Shown: positions 30,935 to 42,045, counted from the first letter of the stretch. The stretch: DNA of 64,000 nucleotides from Candidatus Bathyarchaeota archaeon (GCA_963775895.1 CAVZKL010000017.1:64001-128000), one strand, 5' to 3'. Made by a program: numbers and translations. The notes: generated by a model from the letters alone, not told the origin.

Positions 30935-32548
30935 CTAACATCTCGTGCCGAATGCCCAACTGAACTTCTTCTGCAGGGTTTTGGGATAGATTTTTTCCAC
31001 GGGCAAACCTACCTGTTCTGTCCACGCTACGTAGGCCAAAGGATTGATGTAGGACTTCAGTGAAGTGCTGAGGTTGTATTCTTTTGTCTCTTCGGAAAGT
31101 TTCAAGTCGAACCTGCTTTTCTGCAACCTTTTGACCGTTGTGTCAGTGTTTTTGCCCTGCTCTGTCTTTTCTTTCAATTTCTTTTCAAGTTCATTGACTT
31201 TGTCTTGTTTTTTTGCCAGCCTGTCCTCAAAGTTTGGTGGAATCTTCTTCTTGTGGTTGGCAATCTTGGCTGCTTCCAAGTTCGCCATTTTGGCGCAGAA
31301 CTGCTTCGAATAATCAGGATCTTCTTTCTTTGCGTTGCACTTCTGCAAGAAGTCTTTGACGGTCGTCGTACACTTCCAAGTTCTGAACACCTTCGCTGTG
31401 AGGCCCTCCATCTTCTCAGACAGGAACCGTGAGACTTTCCTCGAGTTTATACCTTCGAAAAGATACCCTTTGCTAGTCTTCGAGAACTCCTGAATGTTCC
31501 TTATCACACTTGCTGGTGCTTCAACGGTCTTGGTCCATCTCACGCAGTCTTTTCCCAAAAAGTCGAAGTTGAGTTTGTTTCCTTCAATACTAACGTGTTC
31601 AGGTCTGAGTGTTATAGCTCCAACGGTGTCTGCTTCGCCGGGGTCCTTTTCGTCTCCCACTCTCATGTTTACTTTCATGATCAGCCAGCTGACGGTTGCT
31701 ATCTTGCGTTTGTCCAATTCATCAGCATCAAGGTTCTTTGTTATGTGAGCCTCGATTTTGGGGATTTCTCTGCCGAGTTTTTCGGCCTTTTTGAACTTTT
31801 CTTCTTCGGCTTTCTGCTTCAAGAACGCGGAGTCAGAGAACCACACGTACTTCTTTTTTCCAGTAAGCTTGTCTTCCCATTTGGCTAGGTACATTTTTTC
31901 AGGTTCCCAAACCCTGCCTTTCCAGTTTCCTGAAGGCATAGGGCTTTCGGGGGAAAGGTTTAGGATTATGTCTTCCTCTCGTGGCCCTTCTTTCCATTTT
32001 CCTCGTTTCGGGTGGTCTCCTCTACCTGCAAAAATGCAGGACGGTTCGGCAGTCCAGTTTGCTATTTCAAGCTTGTTTTCGTCAACGATGGCGTATCCGA
32101 ACTTCTCTCTCAGCCCCTCTCGTATTATCTTTCTCTCAGTCGTGAGCTTTTTCTTCTCTTCTTTGGGCATGTTCAGTTTTTTTTGCTGTTCCTGCGTGAT
32201 GTAGGCCGCCACTTCTGAGAAATCTATCTGCCCGTTGTCGTCGGTCATCCATTCGTTGTGATCTTTGTCTAGACCATTCAAGTGACTTTTCTCGAAGGCA
32301 CGGAGGAATTCCAAGGAAGGATTTTCCGCCTTCAGCGTTGCGAGGAAGTCCTGAATGAAATTCTTGTAAAAGACTCTGTCAGGAGGAGATGTCGGTGACT
32401 GTCTCTTCCTGATCCAGAAAACCGCCATCTGTTCGGTTTTTGGAGACAGTTTTACTGATTGTCCTGGAATCTTGATATGAAAGCCTCTGTAATCATATCG
32501 CGGAACTTGTATTCCGTTGTGGGCGAGGCTTTTCATACGGTATTTCAT
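30935..32548 (-). CDS. top1: DNA topoisomerase IB (eukaryote-like)
   Basis: GRGDHPKRG, MRVGDEK, TVGAITLR, FDFLGKD, TAKVFRT, ANH, catalytic Tyr in SLKSYINP. Confidence 0.93.
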   Translation of the reverse strand: MKYRMKSLAHNGIQVPRYDYRGFHIKIPGQSVKLSPKTEQMAVFWIRKRQSPTSPPDRVFYKNFIQDFLATLKAENPSLEFLRAFEKSHLNGLDKDHNEWMTDDNGQIDFSEVAAYITQEQQKKLNMPKEEKKKLTTERKIIREGLREKFGYAIVDENKLEIANWTAEPSCIFAGRGDHPKRGKWKEGPREEDIILNLSPESPMPSGNWKGRVWEPEKMYLAKWEDKLTGKKKYVWFSDSAFLKQKAEEEKFKKAEKLGREIPKIEAHITKNLDADELDKRKIATVSWLIMKVNMRVGDEKDPGEADTVGAITLRPEHVSIEGNKLNFDFLGKDCVRWTKTVEAPASVIRNIQEFSKTSKGYLFEGINSRKVSRFLSEKMEGLTAKVFRTWKCTTTVKDFLQKCNAKKEDPDYSKQFCAKMANLEAAKIANHKKKIPPNFEDRLAKKQDKVNELEKKLKEKTEQGKNTDTTVKRLQKSRFDLKLSEETKEYNLSTSLKSYINPLAYVAWTEQVGLPVEKIYPKTLQKKFSWAFGTRC

Positions 32549-32611
32549 TGTTTATCTCTCGTCATATACGCTGAAGCTCAATATTTGCGTTTTTTGTGAT
32601 TTTAAAGTTGC

Positions 32612-33011
32612 CTAAAAAACTTGTCCCTCGGACTGTCTCTTTCTCCGAAAATTCCTATGGAGCTGTTCAACCGTCTCATCGTCAATGTAGCCTTTGTGGG
32701 GACGGAAACCGCCCGCGAACGTAGCTGGAATGTGAAGCAGCTCGTGTATGATGGTCTTCTCTTTGTTGTCTTGCGTCTAGTCTGTCATATCGTTCTGATA
32801 TGACCTCTATCACGTATGCTGAGGGAAGGTTGAGGGTTTCCTGCCAGACTTTTCCGAGTCCGTGGATCCTTGCGATCGTGCGCCGGGAGGCGGATCCTTT
32901 GCTTCTAATGCAGAAGACGAACTGCGGGACGATGTGGAAGAAGCCTAGTTTCTCAGCGATTTCGTCGGCTAGTTTCTTGACGTCGGGGGCTTCAGAGTAG
33001 GTTATCGGCAC
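32612..33011 (-). CDS. Putative metallopeptidase (frameshift near 32765)
   Basis: RSKGSASRRTIARIHGL..YVIEVISERY; shifted frame gives TIIHELLHIP. Confidence 0.7.
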
Positions 33012-33059
33012 GGCTATCACCACATACACTGTTTGAAACACTCTTACAGTTGCCGGTAG

Positions 33060-33552
33060 TTATTTCCGTGTTGCACTTGCTGCGGCCAGGAAGACAGCTC
33101 TGACGATTAGCGATATGCCAAGAAGCATTAAAATTAAGGCCCAGAATTCAAACCATCTTGATTGCCCAATCAGCCACGTTTGAACAAGATACGCTGTTCC
33201 AAACCAGAAGACAATGTCTGAAAGGTTTTCAGCTCTTCTGCGCACTGGCGAAATCACCAAAAATCTGATTACCAACATTGCGACTAGAAATACGCCCCAA
33301 ACCAGGCTGAACTGTTCAACTGCCGTGTATACAGCTACGTGTTGCCCTATTATTGACGGCTGTGGTAACATAATGTTGTTGGGCAAATTTCCAACGTTCA
33401 CAAGGGTGAGGTCTTGGAAGAAACTGACTAGTCTTGTCATATAAATTTGGGGTCAATATGAAGATGAACCCGACCAGAACCAAGAAGAAACCAGCGGATA
33501 TTGCGCTCAAAAGTCCTTCTCTGCTTCTACGGGGGAATCCTTCCGAAACCAA
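33060..33552 (-). CDS. Multi-pass membrane protein (frameshifted)
   Basis: TM segments across ORFs 33316..33552 and 33060..33440. Confidence 0.55.
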
Positions 33553-33670
33553 TCAGATTACCTCTCAAGAGCATTCTAGTCGCGAGAGCATATATAACAT
33601 TTCTCAGCCTAAGCATGTTTTAAATACTAAAGGTTCAGAATAAAACAAGCAGCAAACAGAGGTTAAAGAG

Positions 33671-34054
33671 ATGACGCAGTGTCCAAAATGCGGTAATGAA
33701 GTCAGTGAAGAAATGAGCTTTTGTCCGAAATGCGGAGCACCTTTGAAGATGCAGCAGCCTGCGCCTGAGACGAGCCCCAGACAATATCGAAGAGACGAAA
33801 AGTCGGAAAAGGGTGAGAAAGAGGAGAAACATGAAAAGGGTGAGAAAGGCGAGAAACACGGATACGGTTTCATGGGTCCGCTGATCGGTGGTCTGATTTT
33901 GATCTTCTTAGGTGTGTCGTTCTGGCTCGAACTCACCGGCACGCTTGACCCGAGATACGTATGGTCTTTCTTCTTGCTACTGGTCGGCATCGCAATAATC
34001 ATCGCTGCCCTCTACGTCTCCTTAGTCTTGGCCAAGAGGCATCCTCGACCCTAG
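33671..34054 (+). CDS. Zinc-ribbon membrane protein with EKx repeats
   Basis: CPKCG..CPKCG, EKSEKGEKEEKHEKGEKGEKH, two TM helices. Confidence 0.75.
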   Translation: MTQCPKCGNEVSEEMSFCPKCGAPLKMQQPAPETSPRQYRRDEKSEKGEKEEKHEKGEKGEKHGYGFMGPLIGGLILIFLGVSFWLELTGTLDPRYVWSFFLLLVGIAIIIAALYVSLVLAKRHPRP

Positions 34055-35189
34055 ATTGACCATCCAACCAGCAGTCTATGAAGTCGATGTTCCAGAAGCG
34101 TCAGGGTGTTGCGTCGGCCGAAAACTCGAAAATAGTTCTTTCCAGCAGCTTCTATCATGTCTCCCATCGCGTACCTTGGAAACAAGCATGAAGAAACTAT
34201 TAGTTCTCCCCATTCTCCACGCTTGAGCTCGTGCAGCATTTTGGTTCCTTTTCCAGTTGCCACTTCAAAGAAGTAGGTGTCATAGTTAGGAGTGACGTAG
34301 GGCAAGTCGTCAAGCTGTTGGCAGAAAACGCCCTCAGTTGCGCTATAAATCTCGACGATTGGAACCCGTCCGAAGTATTTTCTGAGCAACGGCCCGTACT
34401 TGTACTGTATCTTGCGCACACTGGTGCAGAAAAGCGCCCGAACGTTCCAGATGTCTTTCGGTTTCTTTTTATGTTTGCGCTCGACGTACTTGGCGAAGAA
34501 CAGAATCACGGGCGTCACGCCCATGGCGGCGGTCACGTTCTTGTCTAGCGCTTGTTGATATGCGAGTTCGAATCTCTTCTCCCAATCGGGCTTTCTAACG
34601 CCTGCTCCCAGAGCGTCTATTTCCTCTTGTCTAGGAATGAGTCCGATCTGGTCGAGTGCGGGATTGAGTCGTGCATAGGTGCCTGAACTGTACCCGTACG
34701 TCATGGTCTGTCCGTTTACAACTACCGAGTGGACGTTCGATGGAAAATTGAGGTTGAGGACCCTTCCCGTGAATAAGTCATAGTTCCCGGTTCTGAGCGC
34801 ATGATTTATCAAGCCCCTTGCCCCGCACAGTCAGGATCTGCTCAATATGCTTCTTCGTGACTGGCAGAACTTTCGCGGGACCTGTTGACCCCCTAGTCAT
34901 TACCCAGCACAACAATGGCTCAGGAAGAATCGATTTGTAATCGCCTTTCATGATGTCCTCGAAGTATGGGTTAAGATCTCGGAAGTCCACCGTTGCAAAG
35001 TGTTTCCTGAAATCCTCAACGTCTCGTACTTCCGACGCATGGCGATTCTGTCCGTAACGTGTTTTGCCGTATTCTTTCAGAAGCGCAGATAAGACTTCCT
35101 CCTGACTTTGCTGCGGGTCTTTCCAAAGATTTGTACCAAGGCTGGACTAACGGTCGAAAGATGCTGTCGAAGGTGTTTCCTGCAAACAT
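34051..35189 (-). CDS. GH3-family acyl-adenylating enzyme (frameshifted into three ORFs)
   Basis: TRGSTG..K P-loop, EIYSATEG, YFFE, RYAMGD. Confidence 0.75.
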
Positions 35190-35370
35190 TTTGTCCAGTG
35201 TTCTAGTTGGTTTTAGCCGTTTTATGTGTTTCTTATTTATAAGCTGCGTTGCCGTTGCACGCCAAAATTGCAGTTGCACTTTTGAAAACGTTATTAAGAT
35301 GTTTCTTCTGGCAGAATTGAAGCTGGATAGAAAAAGAGGTTTAGAGCGCTGCTTTTTTGACCTGCGTTCT

Positions 35371-35734
35371 TTACACGTATTTTTTGTCCTTGTAACAATA
35401 CCATCTCTGGTATTGTTGAATGTAAGTCAAAGGTCCTCCGCATGTAGGACAAATGGGTTGCTGCGTTTGGGCCTGCTGAGGTTGACGCTACTGCTTGGGG
35501 TCCGAAAGTTTGCGCGGTTGATGGCTTTAGAAGAACGTAGTCTCCCGCGGCTTGGATTTGTTCCCATGGAACTTCCTTGTCTTGACCCTTCTCTGTTTCG
35601 ACGATTAGGGTCATGCCCACTTTTCCAACCGTAAATGCGATATCCTTGATTGTCCCAGCACCATTTCCCTCGCTGTCAATCACCTGCATACCTATGAGTC
35701 GGTCTTTTGTCAACGCCTTTTCTTGTTTGGACAT
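35371..35734 (-). CDS. PRC-barrel protein with C-terminal CxxC motif (frameshift near 35470)
   Basis: LIGMQVIDSEG..GTIKDI..VPWEQIQAAGDYVLL; shifted frame reads QPICPTCGGPLTYIQQYQRWYCYKDKKYV*. Confidence 0.7.
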
Positions 35735-35991
35735 TTTTCTCTTCACCTTCACACAGATTTCAGTTAGACCAACGATTAATAAGCTTTCAGACCTCCAGAT
35801 TCACTTCAACTGAGATGGCTGTTGGCTGGCGCGCCTTTTCGACCCGTGAACGCCAAAGCCAGGTTATGTTGAATGGTCGGCGATTGCAGAGACCGGTTTT
35901 GCCTGTTGCTGGCCACCGAGTTGAACCGTCTTAAAGCTTTATTAACATTAAGAGAAAATAATAGACACTGTAAATCAGCAAACCATGTGAG

Positions 35992-36498
35992 ATGAGAAAA
36001 ATGTCAACAGGAAGCAGTTCACAGTTCGACATAAACCATTGGCTCTTACGCCTCGTTGCATTCATAATCGACAGCATAATAATCGGCATCGTAGCATGCA
36101 TCATATACTTCATCGTAACTCTGTCCATCATCTTGGGCGGCGGTTTGTGGTTCTTGTGGGGGCCATTCCTACTGCTTGGCTTTCTCTTAGGCGTACTTGA
36201 ACTCATTTACTTCATGTTTATGGAAGCTTCATATGGTGCAACGCTGGGGAAGAGAATCTTGGGATTACAGGTGCAAATGGTAAACGGTAGCAAAGTGACG
36301 TTTGAAAAAGCATTCATCCGTAACATAAGCAAGATACATGGGCTTTTCCTCCTACTGGACTGGATATTGGGAGTCGTTACCGCTGGGCACGACCAACGCC
36401 AGAAGTACTCTGATCGTATTGCAGGAACAACAGTTGTTCAACTGAAACAGCCTCTTGCAACAACTAGTCCACCTCCTCCACCGCCTCCACCGACATAG
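35992..36498 (+). CDS. RDD family membrane protein
   Basis: RLVAFIID, GATLGKRILGL, QKYSDRIAGT; poly-Pro tail. Confidence 0.88.
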   Translation: MRKMSTGSSSQFDINHWLLRLVAFIIDSIIIGIVACIIYFIVTLSIILGGGLWFLWGPFLLLGFLLGVLELIYFMFMEASYGATLGKRILGLQVQMVNGSKVTFEKAFIRNISKIHGLFLLLDWILGVVTAGHDQRQKYSDRIAGTTVVQLKQPLATTSPPPPPPPPT

Positions 36499-36777
36499 CA
36501 ACGGTAATTTGGAGATTGAACCTCAGTCTTTCCCTTTTTTTGATATCCTTTTCGCGATGAAAGTCATATTCTTGGATTAAAGGCCACTAACCATTGGGTT
36601 TTCGAACCCAACGTCGTCCTCAATATTCAGTGTCTTCGGCTATTGTCACAAGAATTTGTGGGGACAGCCAGCTGAGACGCTTTTGTCCTTTTAAAATGGG
36701 TGGATAATTGTGCGCGTTGATCTTGTGAAATATAATGTTTAAATACGTTCCATCTCTAGTTCTATCGGAAAATAGAA

Positions 36778-38197
36778 ATGTCATCTGAAAACGTTCATCT
36801 CTTCAACACTCTTGCGCGATCCAAAGAAAGATTCATCGCAATAGAACACGGGCACGTGAAAATGTACACCTGCGGGCCCACAGTCTATGACTATAGTCAC
36901 ATAGGAAATATGCGGGCCTTCATTTTCGAGGATCTGCTCAAGAGATGGTTAGAATACAGAGGATTCAAGGTCACGCACGTAATGAACCTGACGGATGTTG
37001 ACGATCGAACTATTAAAGCCGCCAGAATCCAAGGCATCCCCATCAAACAACATGCGGAACGCTTCATACAAGTGTTCTTCGAAGATGTAACGACATTGGG
37101 AATTGAGAGAGCAGACATCTATCCGAAGGCAACAGACCACATTCCCGAAATGGTTGTACTCGTCAAGAAGCTTATCGATAAGGGATATGCATATCGAAGT
37201 GAGGATGGCTCAATATATTTCAGCATTTCAAAATTCAAAGACTACGGCAAACTCGCCAGAATCCAAGTCAGTGAACTCAAGGCTGGCGCCAGAGTGAAAG
37301 TCGACGATTATGAGAAGGAGGAAGCCTCTGACTTCGTACTGTGGAAAGCATGGGATCCGGAGGATGGCGATGTTTTCTGGAACACGGAAATCGGCAAAGG
37401 CAGACCGGGCTGGCATATAGAGTGTTCGGCAATGTCGATGAAGTATTTGGGAGAAACGTTTGATATTCACTGCGGCGGGGTGGACAACTTGTTTCCTCAT
37501 CATGAGAACGAGATCGCTCAGAGCGAGGCGGCTACTGGAAAGAAGTTCGTGAATTACTGGCTCCACAACGAGCATTTGCTGGTTGAGGGCAAGAAGATGG
37601 CGAAGAGGCTCGGTAACTATTTCACGGTGAGGGACCTAACCGCGAAAGGCTACGATCCTATCGCAATACGTTACCTTATGATATCTACGCACTATCGACA
37701 GCAGTTGAACTTCACTTTCGAAGGGTTAGATGCGGCTGGGAAAACGCTTGATCGTTTGAGAAATTTCATGAATCGCTTGATGGAAGCTGATGGAAAAGCA
37801 AGTGGCCATGCGCTCCAGCAGCTCGTAGAGACTGTGCGGACAGGCTTTGAAGAAGCGATGGACGACGACTTGAACATAAGTGTCGCTCTAGCCCATCTGT
37901 TTGACTTTGTTCGGGACGTGAACAACCTGTTGGACAAAGGTCTATTAGGCAGGGAAGAGGCAAAGGAAATTTGGTACGATGATGCTTAGGTTTGACAAGG
38001 TTCTGGGCGTGATCGGTGAAGTCGAGAAAGGCCAGGAGCTGTCTGACGAGGCGCAGCAGCTCATTCGCAAACGTGAAGAGGCGCGAAAGGCCAAGGACTG
38101 GAAAACCGCTGATCAGATACGAGAGCAGCTCAAGGCCATGGGCATCGTGATCGAGGATACGGCGCAAGGTGTCAAATGGAAAAAGGAAAACCGCTGA
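36778..38197 (+). CDS. cysS: Cysteine-tRNA ligase (frameshift near 37970)
   Basis: CGPTVY, HIGN, PGWHIEC, FPHHENE, KMAKR, WKTADQIR. Confidence 0.95.
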
Positions 38198-38244
38198 TCC
38201 TGTAGGGTATTTGAAGGATGATTTCTTGAGGAAGTCAGGATCGC

Positions 38245-38793
38245 ATGAACCCTGCTGAAATCTTGATGTTGAAAATGATGCAGCTGCTAAGAGCCTTGAA
38301 TGTCACTAGCGTCTTTCGAATTGGGTTGTCATCGTACAGGTTCACGGATTACTTCAAGGGTATGGAAAAAGTTGGAGCTGTGAGAGAAATATTCGGCGAA
38401 AAGACAGAGGAAGTTCTGCACAACCTGATGGTCGAGTTCACTTTCATCGGTGGTTACATGTTTGTAAACAACGCTAACGGTCATTTAATGATTAGCTCAC
38501 GGTACCTCAACAGGGGAGATAGAATCGATATATACTTGGACCTTATACACGAACTCGTCCACGTGAAGCAGCTTATGGAAGGAAAGGAGCTGTTCGATGT
38601 CCATTACGGTTATGCCGAAAGGCCGACCGAGATCGAGGCTTACCGTGCAGCGGTGCTTGAGGCAAAGAGACTCGGGTTGAGTGAGGACAGGATTTGCCAG
38701 TACCTAAAGACCGAATGGATGAACGTCGAAGATTTTAGGAGACTGGCAAAGTCAATGAACGTAAATTGTGAACACTGGCTAATGGCAATGTAG
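38245..38793 (+). CDS. Hypothetical HExxH metalloprotein
   Basis: LIHELVHVKQ...PTEIEAY. Confidence 0.65.
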   Translation: MNPAEILMLKMMQLLRALNVTSVFRIGLSSYRFTDYFKGMEKVGAVREIFGEKTEEVLHNLMVEFTFIGGYMFVNNANGHLMISSRYLNRGDRIDIYLDLIHELVHVKQLMEGKELFDVHYGYAERPTEIEAYRAAVLEAKRLGLSEDRICQYLKTEWMNVEDFRRLAKSMNVNCEHWLMAM

Positions 38794-38816
38794 ATTTATC
38801 ATTTTAAGACCAAATT

Positions 38817-39621
38817 TCACAGTTGACTTTTGCCCAGGCTGTTCCAATCGTCGGTGCCGTATTTCTCAAGGCAAAGTTTGTCTGAAACCTCTATCTCGAG
38901 ACTCGTCAGCTTTCCAGGTGCAAGTCGGATATCCAGCGCCCGGTTGAACCCTTCGATCAGCGCCTCGGTGACTTCCGCGACTGTTGTTCTTTCCGTAATT
39001 CCTCGTCTAGCGACGTGATTCTTGTTCTTGGCAACGTCAACGACTTGTCTTAATCGTAGTTGCCCAAGGGACGCGGAGAAAAGTGAACATTTTCGTCAAG
39101 TTGACCTTCAGGAGAAGTGTGCCGTGCTGCAGGACGACTCCTTTCTTGTGGGCTTGAGCGCTGCCAGAAATCTTCTTTCCATTAATGGTGAGGTTTGGGC
39201 AGGTCTTCTCGTTGCCTCGGTTGAAATCTGCTTTTACGCCCAGTGTCCGAACGGCTTCGACCAACCCCGAGTAAATCTTGTTGTAGACTTCGTTGATGTC
39301 CTCAGTTCCTAGATCGTCTTTCTCGGCGACTACGCTATAGGTGATTTCATCGACTGCGTCATGATAAACGGCTCCTCCGCCGGTTATTCTCCTAACAACG
39401 TCAACGCCATGCGCTTTGCAGTTCTCTAAGTGGACCTCTTTTTCAACTTCTTGAAATCTTCCAATTGACACGGCGGAAGGGTTCCATCGGTAGAATCTTA
39501 TCGTGTTTGGAGCAAGGCCTCTCATCCTCGCCTGCAGGATTGATTCGTCAATTGCCATGTTTTCGAAGGCGTTGCGAGTCTCGATTTCGAGCAAGCGCCA
39601 AGTTGTCAAAGTGTTAACCAC
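38817..39621 (-). CDS. Lipoate-protein ligase A family (C-terminal frameshifts)
   Basis: NMAIDE, RRITGGGAVYHD, KKISGSAQ, LQHGTLL. Confidence 0.88.
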
Positions 39622-39662
39622 GGAAGGAAAATCAGATTGCTCTTAAGTATATTGCGATTCCT

Positions 39663-39714
39663 GGTTCTGTCAAGTCTCCGTCGGAAAAGGGTTCATGTAA
39701 AAATTCGTCGGATA
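39663..39714 (+). repeat. Left terminal inverted repeat
   Basis: GGTTCTGTCAAGTCTCCGTCGGA-N10-TGTAAAAATTCGTCGGATA. Confidence 0.9.
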
Positions 39715-39738
39715 CAAGCCGTTTGAAGCCATTCATGA

Positions 39739-39975
39739 TCAATCTCTGAACTTATTAAGTTTAATGTAGATGTACGCCGCAAGTCCGAAACCAGCAATCA
39801 TTAGAGCCAAGCCGAAGAGAAATCCGAAAGTATCAAATGGAATCGCGTAGTAAACTGAGTCGTACATTATCTTGCGGTTAGCCAGCCAATCTTCATAGAA
39901 CATGAGCATAAACAGCAAGCCGACAACTATGAGAATGATGGCGAGCACAACTCGTTTTCTACCTTTCTCATTCAC
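39739..39975 (-). CDS. Small two-TM membrane protein (transposon cargo)
   Basis: Two hydrophobic helices; lies inside the TIRs. Confidence 0.6.
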   Translation of the reverse strand: MNEKGRKRVVLAIILIVVGLLFMLMFYEDWLANRKIMYDSVYYAIPFDTFGFLFGLALMIAGFGLAAYIYIKLNKFRD

Positions 39976-39978
39976 TTA

Positions 39979-40224
39979 TTAACCCTCATCAAGTCCAAAC
40001 ATTCGTTTAACTGCTTTCCGAATGTCGGGTACACATACGAGAAAGAACATTATGATTAATGTTATGACTACTATAGCGGCTAAACTGTTGAAAAACTGAA
40101 TGAACCAATTAGTGCTACTGTAATACGCTTTCACAGCAAAATCGTACATTATCGCTGTGACAAATATCAGGAGGGCAATGAACAAAGAAACTTTGAACAA
40201 CGCTAGAAACTCAGCTTTCTTCAT
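39979..40224 (-). CDS. Small two-TM membrane protein (transposon cargo)
   Basis: Two hydrophobic helices; 3-nt gap to the next gene. Confidence 0.6.
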   Translation of the reverse strand: MKKAEFLALFKVSLFIALLIFVTAIMYDFAVKAYYSSTNWFIQFFNSLAAIVVITLIIMFFLVCVPDIRKAVKRMFGLDEG

Positions 40225-40414
40225 ATCACTCTTTTAGCACGTTATTGTGGCGACCCCTATCTAGTTTTCTGTATTTTTCTTCTGGCGACATGAGACTTGC
40301 CTTATCAAAGAAAACACACGAAGTACCAGAAGAGACAAGCTAGAAGAAAAGTAACAGGAACTCGTCATTAGGGCAGTAGAAAAATGGGGGATACAGGTAC
40401 GAATGTTCGAGGCA

Positions 40415-40669
40415 CTAGTACCTGTATCTTCTCTTTTTGGATTCTTTGTAGACCCAAAGAATTATCGCCGTAGCCACGAGAATATAGCCATCCGTAGTAA
40501 GCGATTGGTTTGCATTGAAACTTCGTATACCGATTCCTATGTACACAAGAGTCATGCCGAAGAACAGCAATAGCGCTAGGAAAGTCTTTGGGTTCTGCAG
40601 GTTTATACTCAGTCGTGTCATTCTCTTACTTCGTTCTATTCCTAGAAAATGACTCTTCCATTCATCCAC
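40415..40669 (-). CDS. Small two-TM membrane protein (transposon cargo)
   Basis: Two hydrophobic helices, basic C-terminal tail. Confidence 0.55.
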   Translation of the reverse strand: MDEWKSHFLGIERSKRMTRLSINLQNPKTFLALLLFFGMTLVYIGIGIRSFNANQSLTTDGYILVATAIILWVYKESKKRRYRY

Positions 40670-40806
40670 TCTAACTGCGCATAAGTTTAAATGCTAAGGT
40701 TAGCATTGTCCTTATTGGCATTAGTAGTTCAGAGTGGCGATGATATGAGCCATTCTCCAATTCTCATTCTGCTCTTTGACTATTTAAACACAGCAAAAAG
40801 TGGATT

Positions 40807-41954
40807 TTACAGGTCTTTTTGGGTCGCATTTTGAATTTTGGTCGAATTTTGAATCAGTGTTAACCATTTATTTTTTCCTTCTACCTTGATTCCGCAAGCT
40901 TCACTAGGCGTGTTACCTTCGAGTCCTTCATGAGCCCTAATGTAATTGTGAAAAATCTGATAACCTGTGAGAATCGGCGTATCATTCTTCTTGAGCCCAC
41001 GCATAGTTTTTTCTCTGTCTCTGATTTCACCATTCAACCTTTCCATTTTGTTGTTGTTTCTGTCTCCTCTAATCGTGATATGTCGTATGTGTTCGGTTCT
41101 TGGATAAGCTAAGGTTCGCCATTCTTTTTTGTACGCATCATGATATGTTGGTAAGCCGTCGGTTATCAGAGTCATGGGTTTCTTTCCCATCAATTGTCTC
41201 GCTCATCTTGAACAGTCTTCTTGCATCATGCTGGTGTTTGGTTTCTGCAACTTCCTGAGCAATCCAGAAACGAGTCTCATCATCCATCAAGGCGAAAAGA
41301 TATTTCAGGTCTCCCTTGATTTTCACGTATAATTCGTCTGCTCTCCAAGTGTCGCTTACGTTTGGAACAATTCTCTCGACGTAGTTTTTGCATCAGAGAG
41401 ACGTATTTGTTAATCCAATTATAGACGGTTTGGTGTGAGACTTCAACGCCTAGCAGTTTGAGAGATTTCATCGTGTTTCTTAATGATTCTCCGCTAAAAT
41501 AGAGTTGCATGGCAGAGGTGATGGCTTGAGGATTATGTTTCATCTTTTCAAAGCCTATGTTGAATGTGAAATAGTGCTTGCAGTCTTGGCAATAGAATTT
41601 CTGAATCTCACCACGCTTGTTCTTTCTTACTCCGTCTTTAACGATGTTTGATGAACCACAAAAGATGCATTCTGTCAAATTGTCTATGGGCTCGATTTTT
41701 CTGACTGATCTCTCTGAGTGAGACTGAAAACTCTACTGCAAAAATGTGCTTACACTTTACGTGACGATAAACGTGGTCTGGACATTCGCAGAACCATTCA
41801 TCTGAGACTTTGAAGACCTTGTATTTACCATGATTTGACTGAGATTTAACCGTGTAGGTGTTTGAGTCGATTCTTTTGATTTGGTTTGGTTGTTGTGCGA
41901 TTTCTTTTCCGCATTGTTCTCGCGTTCTTGGGATGTTGTCATTTCTATCGCCAT
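40807..41954 (-). CDS. IS6-family-like DDE transposase with N-terminal SWIM finger and zinc ribbon (several frameshifts)
   Basis: CECPDH..CKH (SWIM), CIFCGS..CQDC, VSHQTVYNW HTH, WRADE, YLFALMD, LITDG, NNKMERLNG. Confidence 0.85.
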
Positions 41955-41986
41955 ATAACCGTATATACAGCATAGTATTTATGCTT

Positions 41987-42024
41987 TACGGTTTAACAGT
42001 AAACCTTAAATACGGTAAACAGTA
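41987..42024. promoter_or_regulatory. Direct-repeat operator between divergent transposase and RHH genes
   Basis: TACGGTTTAACAGTA (41987) and TACGGTAAACAGTA (42011) flank TATA-like CTTAAATA. Confidence 0.5.
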
Positions 42025-42045
42025 TCTAGAATGATAGGTGATCGA

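Noticed and set aside
33796-33860. Short tandem GAGAAA/GAAAAG repeats as a CRISPR or VNTR
   Set aside because: They encode an EKx low-complexity peptide; no repeat-spacer structure and no cas genes in the window
35804-35930. SRP RNA or 5S rRNA
   Set aside because: Lacks the SRP helix-8 GGAA/AGCA motif and the 5S conserved blocks; kept only as an unknown ncRNA candidate
36465-36495. CCA/CCT/CCG repeat tract
   Set aside because: Poly-proline tail of the RDD protein, not a DNA-level element
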